From positions 75,614 to 139,613 of the forward strand of contig CAKPYH010000001.1 in NCBI GenBank assembly GCA_934202735.1: DNA of 64,000 nt. Reading direction: 5' to 3'. Both the position numbers and the translations under genes were made by a program. This DNA comes from an uncultured Alphaproteobacteria bacterium (GTDB lineage Bacteria; Pseudomonadota; Alphaproteobacteria; CAAHEQ01; UBA3637). The notes beneath the pieces are model-generated. The model was not told where the DNA came from. It worked only from the letters and a program-made list of their open reading frames with translations, and ran no database searches. Below, piece after piece: positions 1 to 9,369 of the stretch (position 1 is its first letter; each line of letters starts with the position of its first letter).

Positions 1-2676
1 CACCCCGTAATTCACGCGGGATCCCGGTTCCACCCGATCATAACCCGTAAAGCGATTGGCTTCAAACAGGTTTGTATCATCAAAATCAAAGACCAAACTG
101 TCCACATTGGGAATCTTGTCCGAATTGCCCCCGTTCGGAGCCGCCACCAACATCACCACAGGTTCCAAAATCTGGGTAGATCCCACATCGGTTCGCACAA
201 ACGGATAATGCAGGGTCGCCGATACGTTCGGATAAATCCGTCCCGTGTGATAGGTCTCATCGGCCGGCCGACCGACCATCAGGTTTCGTCCGGTATCAAT
301 GCTGTATCCGTCGGCCCGCACAAAGCCGGTAAAATCAATCGCAACCCCGCCGGGGCCGATATACGGCAAAGTGGCCCCTTGTGTCACAGACAAGCGATCG
401 GACTTAAACCGTTCCCGCGTATGATACAGGGCCGCATTCACGGCCGAAAAACCATACAGGCCCAATCCGGCCACCGGGGCCGTATTATATTGCCAATCCA
501 ACACCGGCAAGATGACGGGGATGGTATCACTGTTCACGCCGTATTGCAGGCTTTGGAACCCGTAATTCTTCAAGCGGAAGTAATTACGATTACCAAACCG
601 TTCGGCCGTTAAATGCGATGTTAAAAAGGATTGTGTATCATCTACGCCGGGAATCCGATACCGCCGAAAATATGTATCCGATGAGACACGGAACCATTCA
701 CCGCCCAATCGCCATTTATCGTTGACATCATACTCAAACGAGGCCCGAATATGACCTTGCTTGCGTTCCTGATCCCGATCACGGGTACCGCTGGCATGTA
801 CATCTATCCGCCCGGCGGAAAAGACCCCTTGATAATCCACCAACCCTAACGGAAAGTGTTCGGGGGAAACAATCGGTGTCAACAACAGGTTTTGATTATC
901 GGCCACATCTACAAAAAACGGCAAGGAGATTCCTTTGCGCATTTCATGCGTGCTGAACAATCCCGGAGGTAAAAATCCCGTGCGCCGTTTGACCGTAAAG
1001 TCCGGCATACGCCAATAAGGCACATAAGCCACCGGCACATTCTTGACATCCAAGAAAGCATGTTTGTAAATAAGATCTTTGGCCGCTTGATCATGATGCA
1101 CGGACACGGCCCGCAACTGCCACAGCGGAGCCGACCCTTCACAACGATCACAGGGTGTATAAACGGCTTCCGTTAAATGAGAGTCTCCATCGGCAAAACG
1201 TTCCATACGTTCCGCCCCCATGTAAGATCCTTCATATAAATAGACATCGGTTTTACCGGTATCCAAGGCCGACAAATCCCCGGCCAATTCCCCATGGGTT
1301 GTTTTCATCGTTGTCCCATCGGACATTTCAATCGTCAACGGATCGGGGGCGGTGATTTTATTCGTGCCGCGATTATATAAAATCCGGTCGGTTTTGACCG
1401 TCATGGCATCCTGCTTTAACACCACATTTCCCCGGGCGGCCAGTTCATTCGTTTTTTGGTTGTATGAAACGGCATCGGCTTCAAAATCCACCGGAGCCTG
1501 CGTATCTGTTTTCACCATTTTAATCCCCACGGCTTCTGCCGATCCGGCACAGATCAGGATCATCGCCGCCACCGGTAATTTTGTCCGAACCCGCCGCCAC
1601 AATCCGGCCCAACCCGTATACAGGAACAAAGCCGGAGCCGCCACATTCAGTACCACCAGAATTAAAAACCACAAATTCTTACCGGCCATATTTTCAAAGG
1701 CCAACGCTAACGATTGCACAATCAAAGCCCCTCCGACAGCAGCATACACGCGTCCGGCTTGTCCCCGGCGATTATAATATCCCGACAACACACCAAAAAT
1801 CACCAAACACAAAAACGAAAGATTATACAAGGGTTGTATCAACCGTTTGACCAACTCCACTTTGTGCTTGCGCCACAAGGGCATAGAGCCTTTGGTATCA
1901 TCGGGGGTTGCCTGCCACAGCTGACGTAGCGACAATTCGCGTACATCGGCCGATCGGGTTCCTTTTTCATTTTTATCCGAAAACATCATCGTATGCTTTT
2001 CAAACTTCAAGATAGAAAATTGATGAGTTGCCGGTTGATATTCTTGGCGGGTCCCGTCATAAAAGACAACACGAATCCCGTCTGTTTCCTGATACACGGC
2101 CCCGCTTTTGGCAGACAAGACGGCCACCCGATCGGGTTTTTTGCGATCATAGGCCAACACCCCCCGAATCTGCCCATCCGGCAAGCGTTCTTTGACATAC
2201 AGGGTCAGGCCGTTATCAAAAGAATTAAACTGTCCTTCTTGCAACAGCAGGTGCGACAAGTCATTTTTAATTCGCCACCGCATTTCCCGCATACTGGTAT
2301 TAGCGGCCGGAATCACGGATAAAGACAAAGCATACCCGATAATTGCCAACACCACCGCCAATCCGAATATCGGTCGCATAATTTGCCGCGTATTCATACC
2401 CACGGCCTGCATGACCATCAATTCTTTATCTGCCTGCATGCGCAGCAAAGTGAACAATGACACGGCAAACAAGGCTAACGGAGACAAAATTTGCAAAAAG
2501 TTCGGCAACACCAACACGGTCAATTTCAAAAACAGGCCTGCGGATACGCCTTTGGTCACAATCATATCAATCATGCGCAACGATTGCGTCAACCAAACCA
2601 AGACCGTCATACTGGTCAACACCAGGATAAACCCGATGATTATTTGCTTTAATGTGTATTTATCTAATATCTTCAT
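1..2676 (-). CDS. LptF/LptG-family LPS-export permease reading in-frame (no stop) into an LptD/OstA-type LPS-assembly protein; 3' end lies beyond window start
   Basis: Manual reverse-complement translation from ATG at 2676 gives MKILDKYTLKQIIIGFILVLTSMTVLVWLTQSLRMIDMIVTKGVSAGLFLKL..., a YjgP/YjgQ-type multi-TM permease of about 360 codons. It continues ...NLWFLILVVLNVAAPALFLYTGWAGLWRRVRTKLPVAAMILICAGSAEAVGIKMVKTDTQAPVDFEADAVSYNQKTNELAARGNVVLKQD ... AYVPYWRMPDFTVKRRTGFLPPGLFSTHEMRKGISLPFFVDV ... EANRFTGYDRVEPGSRVNYGV, which is LptD-like, to position 1 without a stop. Frame was verified codon by codon at 1501-1680, 901-960 and 1-60. The ORF track lists no complete minus-strand ORF of 60 aa or more over this span, consistent with one open frame leaving the window. 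Confidence 0.7.
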   Translation of the reverse strand, partial: MKILDKYTLKQIIIGFILVLTSMTVLVWLTQSLRMIDMIVTKGVSAGLFLKLTVLVLPNFLQILSPLALFAVSLFTLLRMQADKELMVMQAVGMNTRQIMRPIFGLAVVLAIIGYALSLSVIPAANTSMREMRWRIKNDLSHLLLQEGQFNSFDNGLTLYVKERLPDGQIRGVLAYDRKKPDRVAVLSAKSGAVYQETDGIRVVFYDGTRQEYQPATHQFSILKFEKHTMMFSDKNEKGTRSADVRELSLRQLWQATPDDTKGSMPLWRKHKVELVKRLIQPLYNLSFLCLVIFGVLSGYYNRRGQAGRVYAAVGGALIVQSLALAFENMAGKNLWFLILVVLNVAAPALFLYTGWAGLWRRVRTKLPVAAMILICAGSAEAVGIKMVKTDTQAPVDFEADAVSYNQKTNELAARGNVVLKQDAMTVKTDRILYNRGTNKITAPDPLTIEMSDGTTMKTTHGELAGDLSALDTGKTDVYLYEGSYMGAERMERFADGDSHLTEAVYTPCDRCEGSAPLWQLRAVSVHHDQAAKDLIYKHAFLDVKNVPVAYVPYWRMPDFTVKRRTGFLPPGLFSTHEMRKGISLPFFVDVADNQNLLLTPIVSPEHFPLGLVDYQGVFSAGRIDVHASGTRDRDQERKQGHIRASFEYDVNDKWRLGGEWFRVSSDTYFRRYRIPGVDDTQSFLTSHLTAERFGNRNYFRLKNYGFQSLQYGVNSDTIPVILPVLDWQYNTAPVAGLGLYGFSAVNAALYHTRERFKSDRLSVTQGATLPYIGPGGVAIDFTGFVRADGYSIDTGRNLMVGRPADETYHTGRIYPNVSATLHYPFVRTDVGSTQILEPVVMLVAAPNGGNSDKIPNVDSLVFDFDDTNLFEANRFTGYDRVEPGSRVNYGV

Positions 2677-3596
2677 TCAGAATCCTTTGACTTACTATAC
2701 GACAAAGGATGAGATTTTTCAACTATCTTTTTTAATCTTTCGGGTAAAATATGCGTATAGACTTCGGTTGTGGCAATATCGGCATGCCCCAACATCTGCT
2801 GAACCGACCGTAAATCGGCATCGTGCGCGACCAGATGACTGGCAAAAGAATGACGCAAAACATGGGGCGAGACCCGTTCGGGATTCAACCCCGCCTGCAA
2901 GGCCACATGCTTCAAATGCTTGAAGAACCCATCACGCGTCAAGTGCCCTGTTCGCCCGGCGGACGGAAAGAGCCATTTATTGATACGACCGATTTTCAAG
3001 CGACTTTCCCGCAACACCAACCAATCTTCCAACGCCGCTACCGCCGGTGCATTCAAAGGCACTTGTCGTTCTTTTTGCCCTTTACCGACCACGGTCAACA
3101 TTCGGTTATCCGGCGGCAAATCCGCATGAGCCGTCACCGCTTCCACGGGCAGGCCGACCAACTCGCTGACCCGCAACCCGGACGCATACAAAACTTCCAA
3201 CATCGTGTACATACGGCGATCCGTTTGCGCCGCCACCCGCAACAAGGTGGCCACTTCTTCTTCACTTAAATATTTTGGCAAAGATTTACCCACCTTGGGC
3301 GACATCAGGTAATCGGTCGGGTTTTGTGTAATGATATTTTCCGAAAACAAATAACGATAGTACTCACGCAACGCCGATAACCGTCGGGCTTGCGTTTTGA
3401 CGGCCAGGCCGTTTTGGGCCAGTTGGTGCAGATAAGTTTGCAAGTCTTTGGCCGTTGCCCGGTTCAGACACGAATGATGCGCTTGTAAAAACGCCGTTAC
3501 GTCCGTCAGATCCCGCCGATAAGAATCCACCGTCCGGGGTGAAGCACCGCGTTCAGCCACCATCATTTCCAGAAACGAATCAATATATTTGTCCAA
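2673..3596 (-). CDS. tyrosine site-specific recombinase, XerC/XerD family (307 aa)
   Basis: MDKYIDSFLEMMVAERGASPRTVDSYRRDLTD... and the C-terminal HVLRHSFASHLVAHDADLRSVQQMLGHADIATTEVYTHI catalytic region (R..H..R..Y). Its stop TGA (2673-2675) overlaps the ATG (2674-2676) of the downstream lptG-like gene as ATGA. Confidence 0.8.
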   Translation of the reverse strand: MDKYIDSFLEMMVAERGASPRTVDSYRRDLTDVTAFLQAHHSCLNRATAKDLQTYLHQLAQNGLAVKTQARRLSALREYYRYLFSENIITQNPTDYLMSPKVGKSLPKYLSEEEVATLLRVAAQTDRRMYTMLEVLYASGLRVSELVGLPVEAVTAHADLPPDNRMLTVVGKGQKERQVPLNAPAVAALEDWLVLRESRLKIGRINKWLFPSAGRTGHLTRDGFFKHLKHVALQAGLNPERVSPHVLRHSFASHLVAHDADLRSVQQMLGHADIATTEVYTHILPERLKKIVEKSHPLSYSKSKDSE

Positions 3597-5094
3597 CGGT
3601 TTTGACCCACCTTTCGGTCAATAAAGCCCGCCGATTTTCGGCCGGAAGCACGGGGGCCAGCGCATCCAAAAGATTCTGTTCCAAAGCCGATGACCGATTC
3701 AACAAAATGACGGCGTTTAACACCGCCTTTCCTACCGGTCCGTCCCGGACCTGTCGCGCAACGGATTCGGCCACTGCCGGCGGATAATCCCGTACCCCGC
3801 TACCTGTCGGAATCCGGGTCAAATCCATCTCTGATACAGGCCATGCCGCGGGGGCGATATTCCATACCGACCGACAAAAGGCATCACGCTCACATGCGGC
3901 CAACTCCCTGTCCGCCGGTTCGGGGACCTGATCCGTCAACAGGGAAATCAAGACGGCCGTCCCGGGTACTTTTCGGTGAGCTTCGGCCCGGGCCAACAGG
4001 TCCGCCTTATCCGCCAAAGTCCACACGGCGCGCAAGGCTTTTTCCGATCGTATCAAAGGGGCCGTATCATCTCCCGTCATCATCAAAACCACCGGAGCCA
4101 CAGCCACCAATGCTGCACCGTCCGAGACACTACGCACATAATCTCGCACACGGGAACGCCGTTGTTCCGGGGGAACTGTCATCGCCTTCTGATACAGACG
4201 TGCCCGATATACGGGACCTTCAGTGAGTTTTGTGTTTTTCACCGGTACAGCCAACACACGTTCCCAATCCGTTCGGTTCAGGCCGGCCCGTTCGGCCGCG
4301 GTCAGGCGTACTGTTTCGCCTACATCCGGTGCCAAAGCCAACACACGCCATTGTCCGCGGTTCAAGGGCAACGTCAACACCCGATCGCCGAACACCCGGG
4401 CCGCCAAAGGTAATTCCCACACGGATATATCTGTCGCCGACAAACCGGTCGGCATCGGGTCGGTCGTCCGTTGATAAGCCCGATTCCCCGCAGCGGTCCA
4501 CAAGGCATGTCCGTCCGTTCCGGCTTCCCGATAGACATCAAATGCCAAGGCGGCCGGGGCTTCGTCTCCTGCCACATCGGCACAGACGGCTCGGATCCAC
4601 CGTTCATCCGGCCCAAACGCCGCCGGTGTCTCGCCGGCACACGCATCCTGATACCGGCCCAACGCAAACAAAGCGGTCGCCCGATCCCGGCGTATATCAT
4701 CGGTCCGGCGGGTCGGCGGTATTTGATCCGTCAACATCAAAACATCTTCAAACAAGCCTTGTGTCAGCAAGACATCGGCCCGGGCCCGCCAATAGGCTGC
4801 CTGTGCCGTATCCAGGCTTTTCACACCCCCTACATCGGTCATCAGGACCATGCGCACTATGGCTCGTTCAGCCCCCGATAGCGGCAAAGACTGTACGGCA
4901 TTCAGGTGTTGAATCACCGTTTCTGCCACAGGTTCGGTTCCAAAGACGTCGGCCGTAAAGGGCGTTTTTATGCCAACGGTTCCCTGCCCTAAACCTGACA
5001 AGTCATCTACCACCACTTCGGCTAGGGCAGTCCCACTCCAACACAGAGCCGACAAGAGCAAGCCCCACAAGCCTGCGTGTTTATTTTTGCCCAT
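3580..5094 (-). CDS. hypothetical exported protein (504 aa, GC-rich, N-terminal signal peptide)
   Basis: MGKNKHAGLWGLLLSALCWSGTALA|EVVVDD... Long ORF with Ala/Arg/Asp-rich composition and no family motif I recognise. Start overlaps the xer gene end by 17 nt. Confidence 0.6.
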   Translation of the reverse strand: MGKNKHAGLWGLLLSALCWSGTALAEVVVDDLSGLGQGTVGIKTPFTADVFGTEPVAETVIQHLNAVQSLPLSGAERAIVRMVLMTDVGGVKSLDTAQAAYWRARADVLLTQGLFEDVLMLTDQIPPTRRTDDIRRDRATALFALGRYQDACAGETPAAFGPDERWIRAVCADVAGDEAPAALAFDVYREAGTDGHALWTAAGNRAYQRTTDPMPTGLSATDISVWELPLAARVFGDRVLTLPLNRGQWRVLALAPDVGETVRLTAAERAGLNRTDWERVLAVPVKNTKLTEGPVYRARLYQKAMTVPPEQRRSRVRDYVRSVSDGAALVAVAPVVLMMTGDDTAPLIRSEKALRAVWTLADKADLLARAEAHRKVPGTAVLISLLTDQVPEPADRELAACERDAFCRSVWNIAPAAWPVSEMDLTRIPTGSGVRDYPPAVAESVARQVRDGPVGKAVLNAVILLNRSSALEQNLLDALAPVLPAENRRALLTERWVKTVGQIY

Positions 5095-5224
5095 AAATCA
5101 CCGTTGTTTCTACATCTCGTTGTGTGGGGGTAAAATCCCAAAAGGCCACAAAAGCCAAAAAGGCCGCCACCAACCCGATCACGATTTTAACGATCGGATA
5201 TTTTCTGTCTGCTTTTGAACGCAT
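5083..5224 (-). CDS. possible small membrane protein (47 aa) overlapping start of the 504-aa gene
   Basis: Manual translation gives MRSKADRKYPIVKIVIGLVAAFLAFVAFWDFTPTQRDVETTVIYGQK with one hydrophobic helix. It is below the ORF-track size cutoff and has no recognised RBS. Confidence 0.25.
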
Positions 5225-5309
5225 GTTTAACTCCTTGACTGCTGATTAAAAAAATGCTATGATCGGTTTCAGATTATTCTTTTTAATTTATTTTGTCAAG
5301 AAAGAACTG

Positions 5310-5894
5310 ATGAAACAGAAACTCATTCAACCTAAAATTATCCTGTTGGTCGGGATGATGGGGGCCGGAAAGACCAGCTTGGGACGCATTGTCGCCCGCC
5401 GCCTGGGCCTGCCTTTTTTAGACAGTGATAAGGAAATAGAGATGATGACGGGCTTTACCATTTCGGACCTGTTTGCCCGCTATGGAGAGCAAGAATTCCG
5501 CGCCGGAGAAGAACGGGTCATGGCTCGTTTGTTATCGGGGGAACCGTGTGTTTTATCTTCGGGGGGCGGGGCCTTCTTGTCCGAAAAGACCCGCCGGCTG
5601 GCGGCCCAAAAAGCCGTATCCGTCTGGATTAAAGCGGACTCGGACGTTATATCGGGTCGTACCCAGGGCCGCACGCATCGTCCGTTGGTCCCGGCGGCAG
5701 ATAACAAGCGGATTATTGAACGCCTGGTTCAGGAATGCTATCCCGTTTATGCCTCCGCGGACATTACCATTCCGTCTTATGATGAGCATCCGTCCAAAAC
5801 GGTCATCCGCCTGTTAAAGGCTTTGGCGGACCGTTCCGTCATCACACCGTGGACTCCCACCCGTAAACCATCAAGCAGGAAACAAAAATCATGA
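5310..5894 (+). CDS. aroK: shikimate kinase
   Basis: MKQKLIQPKIILLVGMMGAGKTSLGRIVARRLGLPFLDSDKEIE... with Walker A GAGKT and the SGGGA motif. The ATG at 5310 is preferred over the ORF-track ATG at 5259 on length. Confidence 0.85.
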   Translation: MKQKLIQPKIILLVGMMGAGKTSLGRIVARRLGLPFLDSDKEIEMMTGFTISDLFARYGEQEFRAGEERVMARLLSGEPCVLSSGGGAFLSEKTRRLAAQKAVSVWIKADSDVISGRTQGRTHRPLVPAADNKRIIERLVQECYPVYASADITIPSYDEHPSKTVIRLLKALADRSVITPWTPTRKPSSRKQKS

Positions 5895-7147
5895 CATCTT
5901 ATATTATTTTACTTTTTTTATTAGCGTGTTCTTTTTTCTTTTCGGGTACGGAAACCGCCATCACATCGGTTTCGTCCCCTTTGTTGCACGAGCAGGAAAA
6001 GCAAGGCAACCACCGGGCCGCCGTTTTGAACCGCTTGAAAAGTCAAAGTGATCGTTTGCTGGGGACTTTGTTGTTCGGCAATAATATCGTGAACATTGCC
6101 TCCACCGCCATCGCCACCCGATTGCTGATTGACGCATTCGGGCAGGAATGGGGGGTGATTTTATCCACTTTTGTGGTTAGTTTTGTCATTTTAATTTTCT
6201 CCGAGATTTTACCCAAGACGTATGCATTATCCATTCCCTACACTTTTTCTATGGCGGTCACACCGATCCTGTATGTGTGTATGATGGTGTTTCGGCCGTT
6301 TGTCGCGGGTATGAATTGGCTTTCCGGGCGGGTCATGTGCCTGTTGCCGCGGGCCAAGCAATCCGAAGACCTGGAAGCCAAATTAAAAGCCGAAATTCGC
6401 GGGACACTGGATTTGAACAGCGGGCGTGCGCTGGACCAGGAACAAAACATGCTGAAAAGCGTTTTGGACCTGGACGATGTGACGGTGGAAGATATTATGC
6501 AACATCGCAGTCATATTGTCTCTCTCAGCGTCCAAACACCGCAAGCCGAGTTATTTGACTTTATCGCCCGTACACCGTTCAGTCGCATACCGCTTTGGCG
6601 GGGCAAGCGGGATAACATTGTCGGGATTTTACATGTCAAAGCGGCGCTGCGTATGATCAATCAAATAGCGACCGGAGCCAAAAAAATCAATGTCATGGAT
6701 TATTGTGTCAAGCCTTGGTTTGTCCTGAATACAACGTCCCTGATGGATCAGTTGCACGCGTTCAAGAAAAAACGAGAACACTTTGCCTTGGTGGTTGATG
6801 AATACGGCGATGTACAAGGGCTTGTCACGCTGGAAGACGTTTTGGAAGAAATTGTCGGAGATATTTCCGATGAAAATGATACGGATAAATCCGACCTGAC
6901 CCCCATTAAAACCGATGCGGGAGCCTGGCGTGTAGACGGTGCCACTACTCTACGCGATTTGAACCGCCATTTTCATTGGGAATTGCCCGATGATAATGCT
7001 GCTACAGTGGCCGGATTGATTCTGTATCGGGCCGAAAAGATTCCGAAACAAGGCCAATCTTTAATGATTGACGGCTTTACGTTTACGATTACGGAACGTA
7101 CCGGCAATCGGCTGGTGACCATAGATATTTTACCCCCGGCGAACTAG
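5891..7147 (+). CDS. CNNM/TlyC-family transporter-associated protein (DUF21 TM region, CBS pair, CorC_HlyC C-terminus)
   Basis: N-terminal hydrophobic region MTSYIILLFLLACSFFFSGTETAITS, central CBS-like region and C-terminal ...LEDVLEEIVGDISDENDTD... typical of HlyC/CorC proteins. Start ATGA overlaps the aroK stop. Confidence 0.75.
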   Translation: MTSYIILLFLLACSFFFSGTETAITSVSSPLLHEQEKQGNHRAAVLNRLKSQSDRLLGTLLFGNNIVNIASTAIATRLLIDAFGQEWGVILSTFVVSFVILIFSEILPKTYALSIPYTFSMAVTPILYVCMMVFRPFVAGMNWLSGRVMCLLPRAKQSEDLEAKLKAEIRGTLDLNSGRALDQEQNMLKSVLDLDDVTVEDIMQHRSHIVSLSVQTPQAELFDFIARTPFSRIPLWRGKRDNIVGILHVKAALRMINQIATGAKKINVMDYCVKPWFVLNTTSLMDQLHAFKKKREHFALVVDEYGDVQGLVTLEDVLEEIVGDISDENDTDKSDLTPIKTDAGAWRVDGATTLRDLNRHFHWELPDDNAATVAGLILYRAEKIPKQGQSLMIDGFTFTITERTGNRLVTIDILPPAN

Positions 7148-7217
7148 AACGATCTTTTTTCCCACACCATATTCGTCTTATCGTCTGCGGCCTTGTCCCT
7201 AACAATCTCTCTCCCCC

Positions 7218-7325
7218 GTCATCTTCCGGGCTTGACCCGGGCACTCACTCTTACCTGTCATCTTCGGACGCTATTTTTCTTTCGTCATCTTCGGGCCCCA
7301 CCGGATATCCAGGGAACATAAAGTC
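7218..7325 (+). repeat. cluster of 3 copies of short repeat GTCATCTTC(C)GGGC[TTGACCCGG/CCCACCGGA...] (left sub-array 1)
   Basis: Copies begin at about 7218, 7256 and 7284. The unit at 7284-7316 is the reverse complement of 9457-9490. Confidence 0.8.
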
Positions 7326-7335
7326 TTCTTTCTTT

Positions 7336-7521
7336 TCACTGTGTTTCACGGGTACACGTCCGCATGTACAGGGTTCCCGTCAAAACATTGTGTTCCATCA
7401 CACACCGGGTAATGGTCAGGCTCTTATCGGGATTGACATGTACGTCCGAAACAACCGGCACCTGCGAACACGCCCCCAGGGACAAGGCAACACCCCATAC
7501 GATTAAAATCCGTTTCATCAT
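7336..7521 (-). CDS. small putative lipoprotein (61 aa)
   Basis: MMKRILIVWGVALSLGACSQ... is a signal peptide with lipobox L-G-A-C. SD-like GGAAGGTG lies upstream of the ATG. Confidence 0.45.
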   Translation of the reverse strand: MMKRILIVWGVALSLGACSQVPVVSDVHVNPDKSLTITRCVMEHNVLTGTLYMRTCTRETQ

Positions 7522-7758
7522 TCACCTTCCGAAAAGCCTTGATGAGAGGCGGCTGGAAGTTAGTAACTATTTTAGGAATAGTGCGATATATTCGGCCAAA
7601 AAGCATTATTCTATCGCCTTCCAGCCAAAGCCGGACAGGCAATTTTGCCTTATTTTCCTAAAAGGGTTACTACACCCCGGGGCAGGAATCACCTGCCTTA
7701 TTTTTACTTTATCCGATTTTCAGAGAAATGTCAAAGGGAAAGTGAATAAACGACAGAT

Positions 7759-7915
7759 GTCATCTTCGAGCGTTTATTTTCTTTTGTCATCTTCGGGCTT
7801 GACCCACACACTTACTCCCCCCCTGTCATCTTCGGTCCCTATTTTTAAGAATTGTCATCTTCGGGCTTGACCCGGAGATCCATAGGGAAGAGAAGTCAAT
7901 ATATTATAAGGATTT
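7759..7915 (+). repeat. cluster of 4 copies of the GTCATCTTCGGGC repeat (left sub-array 2); the terminal about 64-bp copy is the inverted partner of 9597-9664
   Basis: Copies begin at about 7759, 7785, 7823 and 7852. 7852-7915 (TGTCATCTTCGGGCTTGACCCGGAGATCCATAGGGAAGAGAAGTCAATATATTATAAGGATTT) is near-identical to the reverse complement of 9597-9664, with a 27-nt exact core AAATCCTTATAATATATTGACTTCTCT. Confidence 0.85.
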
Positions 7916-8191
7916 CAGTACTCCTGGATTTTCGCTTCCGCGGGACTGCGTAAATAAAAAGTTGCCGGTGGCAAGTTTTTATGCGCAAGGCAATGAGCCT
8001 TATTGAAAACAAGGACAACCCTTTGTCCGCCGTTTGAAATATAGGCGGAATTGAACAAGGTAATAGTGAGAAACCGGGAATGACAGAACAGTCCTTATTT
8101 CCACACCATCCCCCATACCACAAAGGGGCCCCAACCGGAACCCCCTTGCACACTTGAACCGTATCCTAAACATACAATCTACAGTCAATGG

Positions 8192-9328
8192 TTATTTTTT
8201 CCGGACACAGTACCCACCTGTCATTTCACGATTAGGACATTTCGCACATTCCGTTGCATCAGCTGCGACAGCAGCGTCATATTGACAATAAGTACAATAA
8301 CCATCACTACCTCTAAATTGTTTATCACTACATATAAGTGCACACCTCCCATCTAGCATAACACGATTAGAACACTTCGCACATTCAGACTCATCAGCCG
8401 GTGCCGCTATATTAGCCCCACAAGGCCAACAAAAGCCATCGTTGGCCATGAAACGGTTGGAACATTTAGCACATTCTGTCGCATTAGTAATCGTGAAATC
8501 CGACCGTTGATCACAAGGCCAGCAAGCACCATTATTGTCTCTCCAGCCATCATCACATATAGGGACACATTCCCCGTTGTCGTTCATTTCACGATTGGGA
8601 CACTTCGCACATTCCGTTGCATCTGCTGAGATCGCAGTGTTATAATTACAAGGCCAACAAAAGCCAGTGTTGTTCATGAAACGATTAGGACACTTCGCAC
8701 ATTCTGTCGCATCAATAACCGTGATAGCATAGGCTGTACTACAAGCATAACAGCTACCCCACTTCTCTTTCATCGGCTTGTCCCCTGGGCAATCGTTGTC
8801 GCAGGTTTCATCGGCCACACAGGTCCCGTTTTCATCATGCTGACAATAACCGCAGGTCGGGGTATTCCCGCCCTCACCCGCGGCCGGCGCAAAGGTGAAC
8901 ACAATGGTATTGCCGTCTTCGGCACAGGTATAATCCGCTTTCACTCCGTTCTCCCACACCTTGGTGGCCCCCAAAGTTATTGTACGCGCCATCTGCACCC
9001 CGTTATTCAAAACGTGATTGCAAACGGGCCGAGTAATATCCGATACCGTCAAGGTAAATCCGGGATCCGCCGCAGCCAACGCCACCGGAAAATCACCGAT
9101 TTTATTGGCAAACTCCGCGTCCAGTGTCGTGGCCGATACACCCGTCCCTAACAACGTATATGTTGACAAAGCAACCGCCCGTTTATTCACCCCGTCTATA
9201 ATATCATTGGCTTTCAACCGATTCATGGCGTATGTATAGCCCGCTATGCCACCGATGGATAAAATCCCCATAATGGCCAAGACCCCCAGCATTTCCACCA
9301 TACTGCGGCCGGTTTCATTGTTTCTCAT
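8192..9328 (-). CDS. type IV pilin/pseudopilin-like protein with cysteine-rich tandem C-terminal modules (about 378 aa from ATG 9328)
   Basis: The ORF-track ORF is 8192..9514. The internal start MRNNETG|RSMVEMLGVLAIMGILSIGGIAGYTYAM is preferred, as it gives a class-III (prepilin) leader with Gly at -1 and Glu at +5 followed by a roughly 20-aa hydrophobic helix. SD-like AAGGGAAAG lies upstream. The C-terminal half contains 5-6 modules ATECAKCPNR(F/E)M..G.C.PC (C-x2-C...C-x2-C), mirrored by DNA repeats of about 120-140 bp period at about 8225, 8362, 8450, 8590 and 8680. Confidence 0.7.
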   Translation of the reverse strand: MRNNETGRSMVEMLGVLAIMGILSIGGIAGYTYAMNRLKANDIIDGVNKRAVALSTYTLLGTGVSATTLDAEFANKIGDFPVALAAADPGFTLTVSDITRPVCNHVLNNGVQMARTITLGATKVWENGVKADYTCAEDGNTIVFTFAPAAGEGGNTPTCGYCQHDENGTCVADETCDNDCPGDKPMKEKWGSCYACSTAYAITVIDATECAKCPNRFMNNTGFCWPCNYNTAISADATECAKCPNREMNDNGECVPICDDGWRDNNGACWPCDQRSDFTITNATECAKCSNRFMANDGFCWPCGANIAAPADESECAKCSNRVMLDGRCALICSDKQFRGSDGYCTYCQYDAAVAADATECAKCPNREMTGGYCVRKK

Positions 9329-9369
9329 TTTGCTTTCCCTTTCTTGATTGAGTTTTCTCTTTGGCTCGG

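Noticed and set aside
2192-2923. 243-aa plus-strand ORF spanning the lptG-like / xer junction
   Set aside because: It overlaps two convincingly coding minus-strand genes. Its Asn/Ile-rich composition has no motifs.
4230-4958. 242-aa plus-strand ORF (and 3976-4413, 4471-4881) inside the GC-rich 504-aa gene
   Set aside because: These are Pro/Arg/Ser-rich antisense translations of a GC-rich gene, the usual artefact of high-GC DNA.
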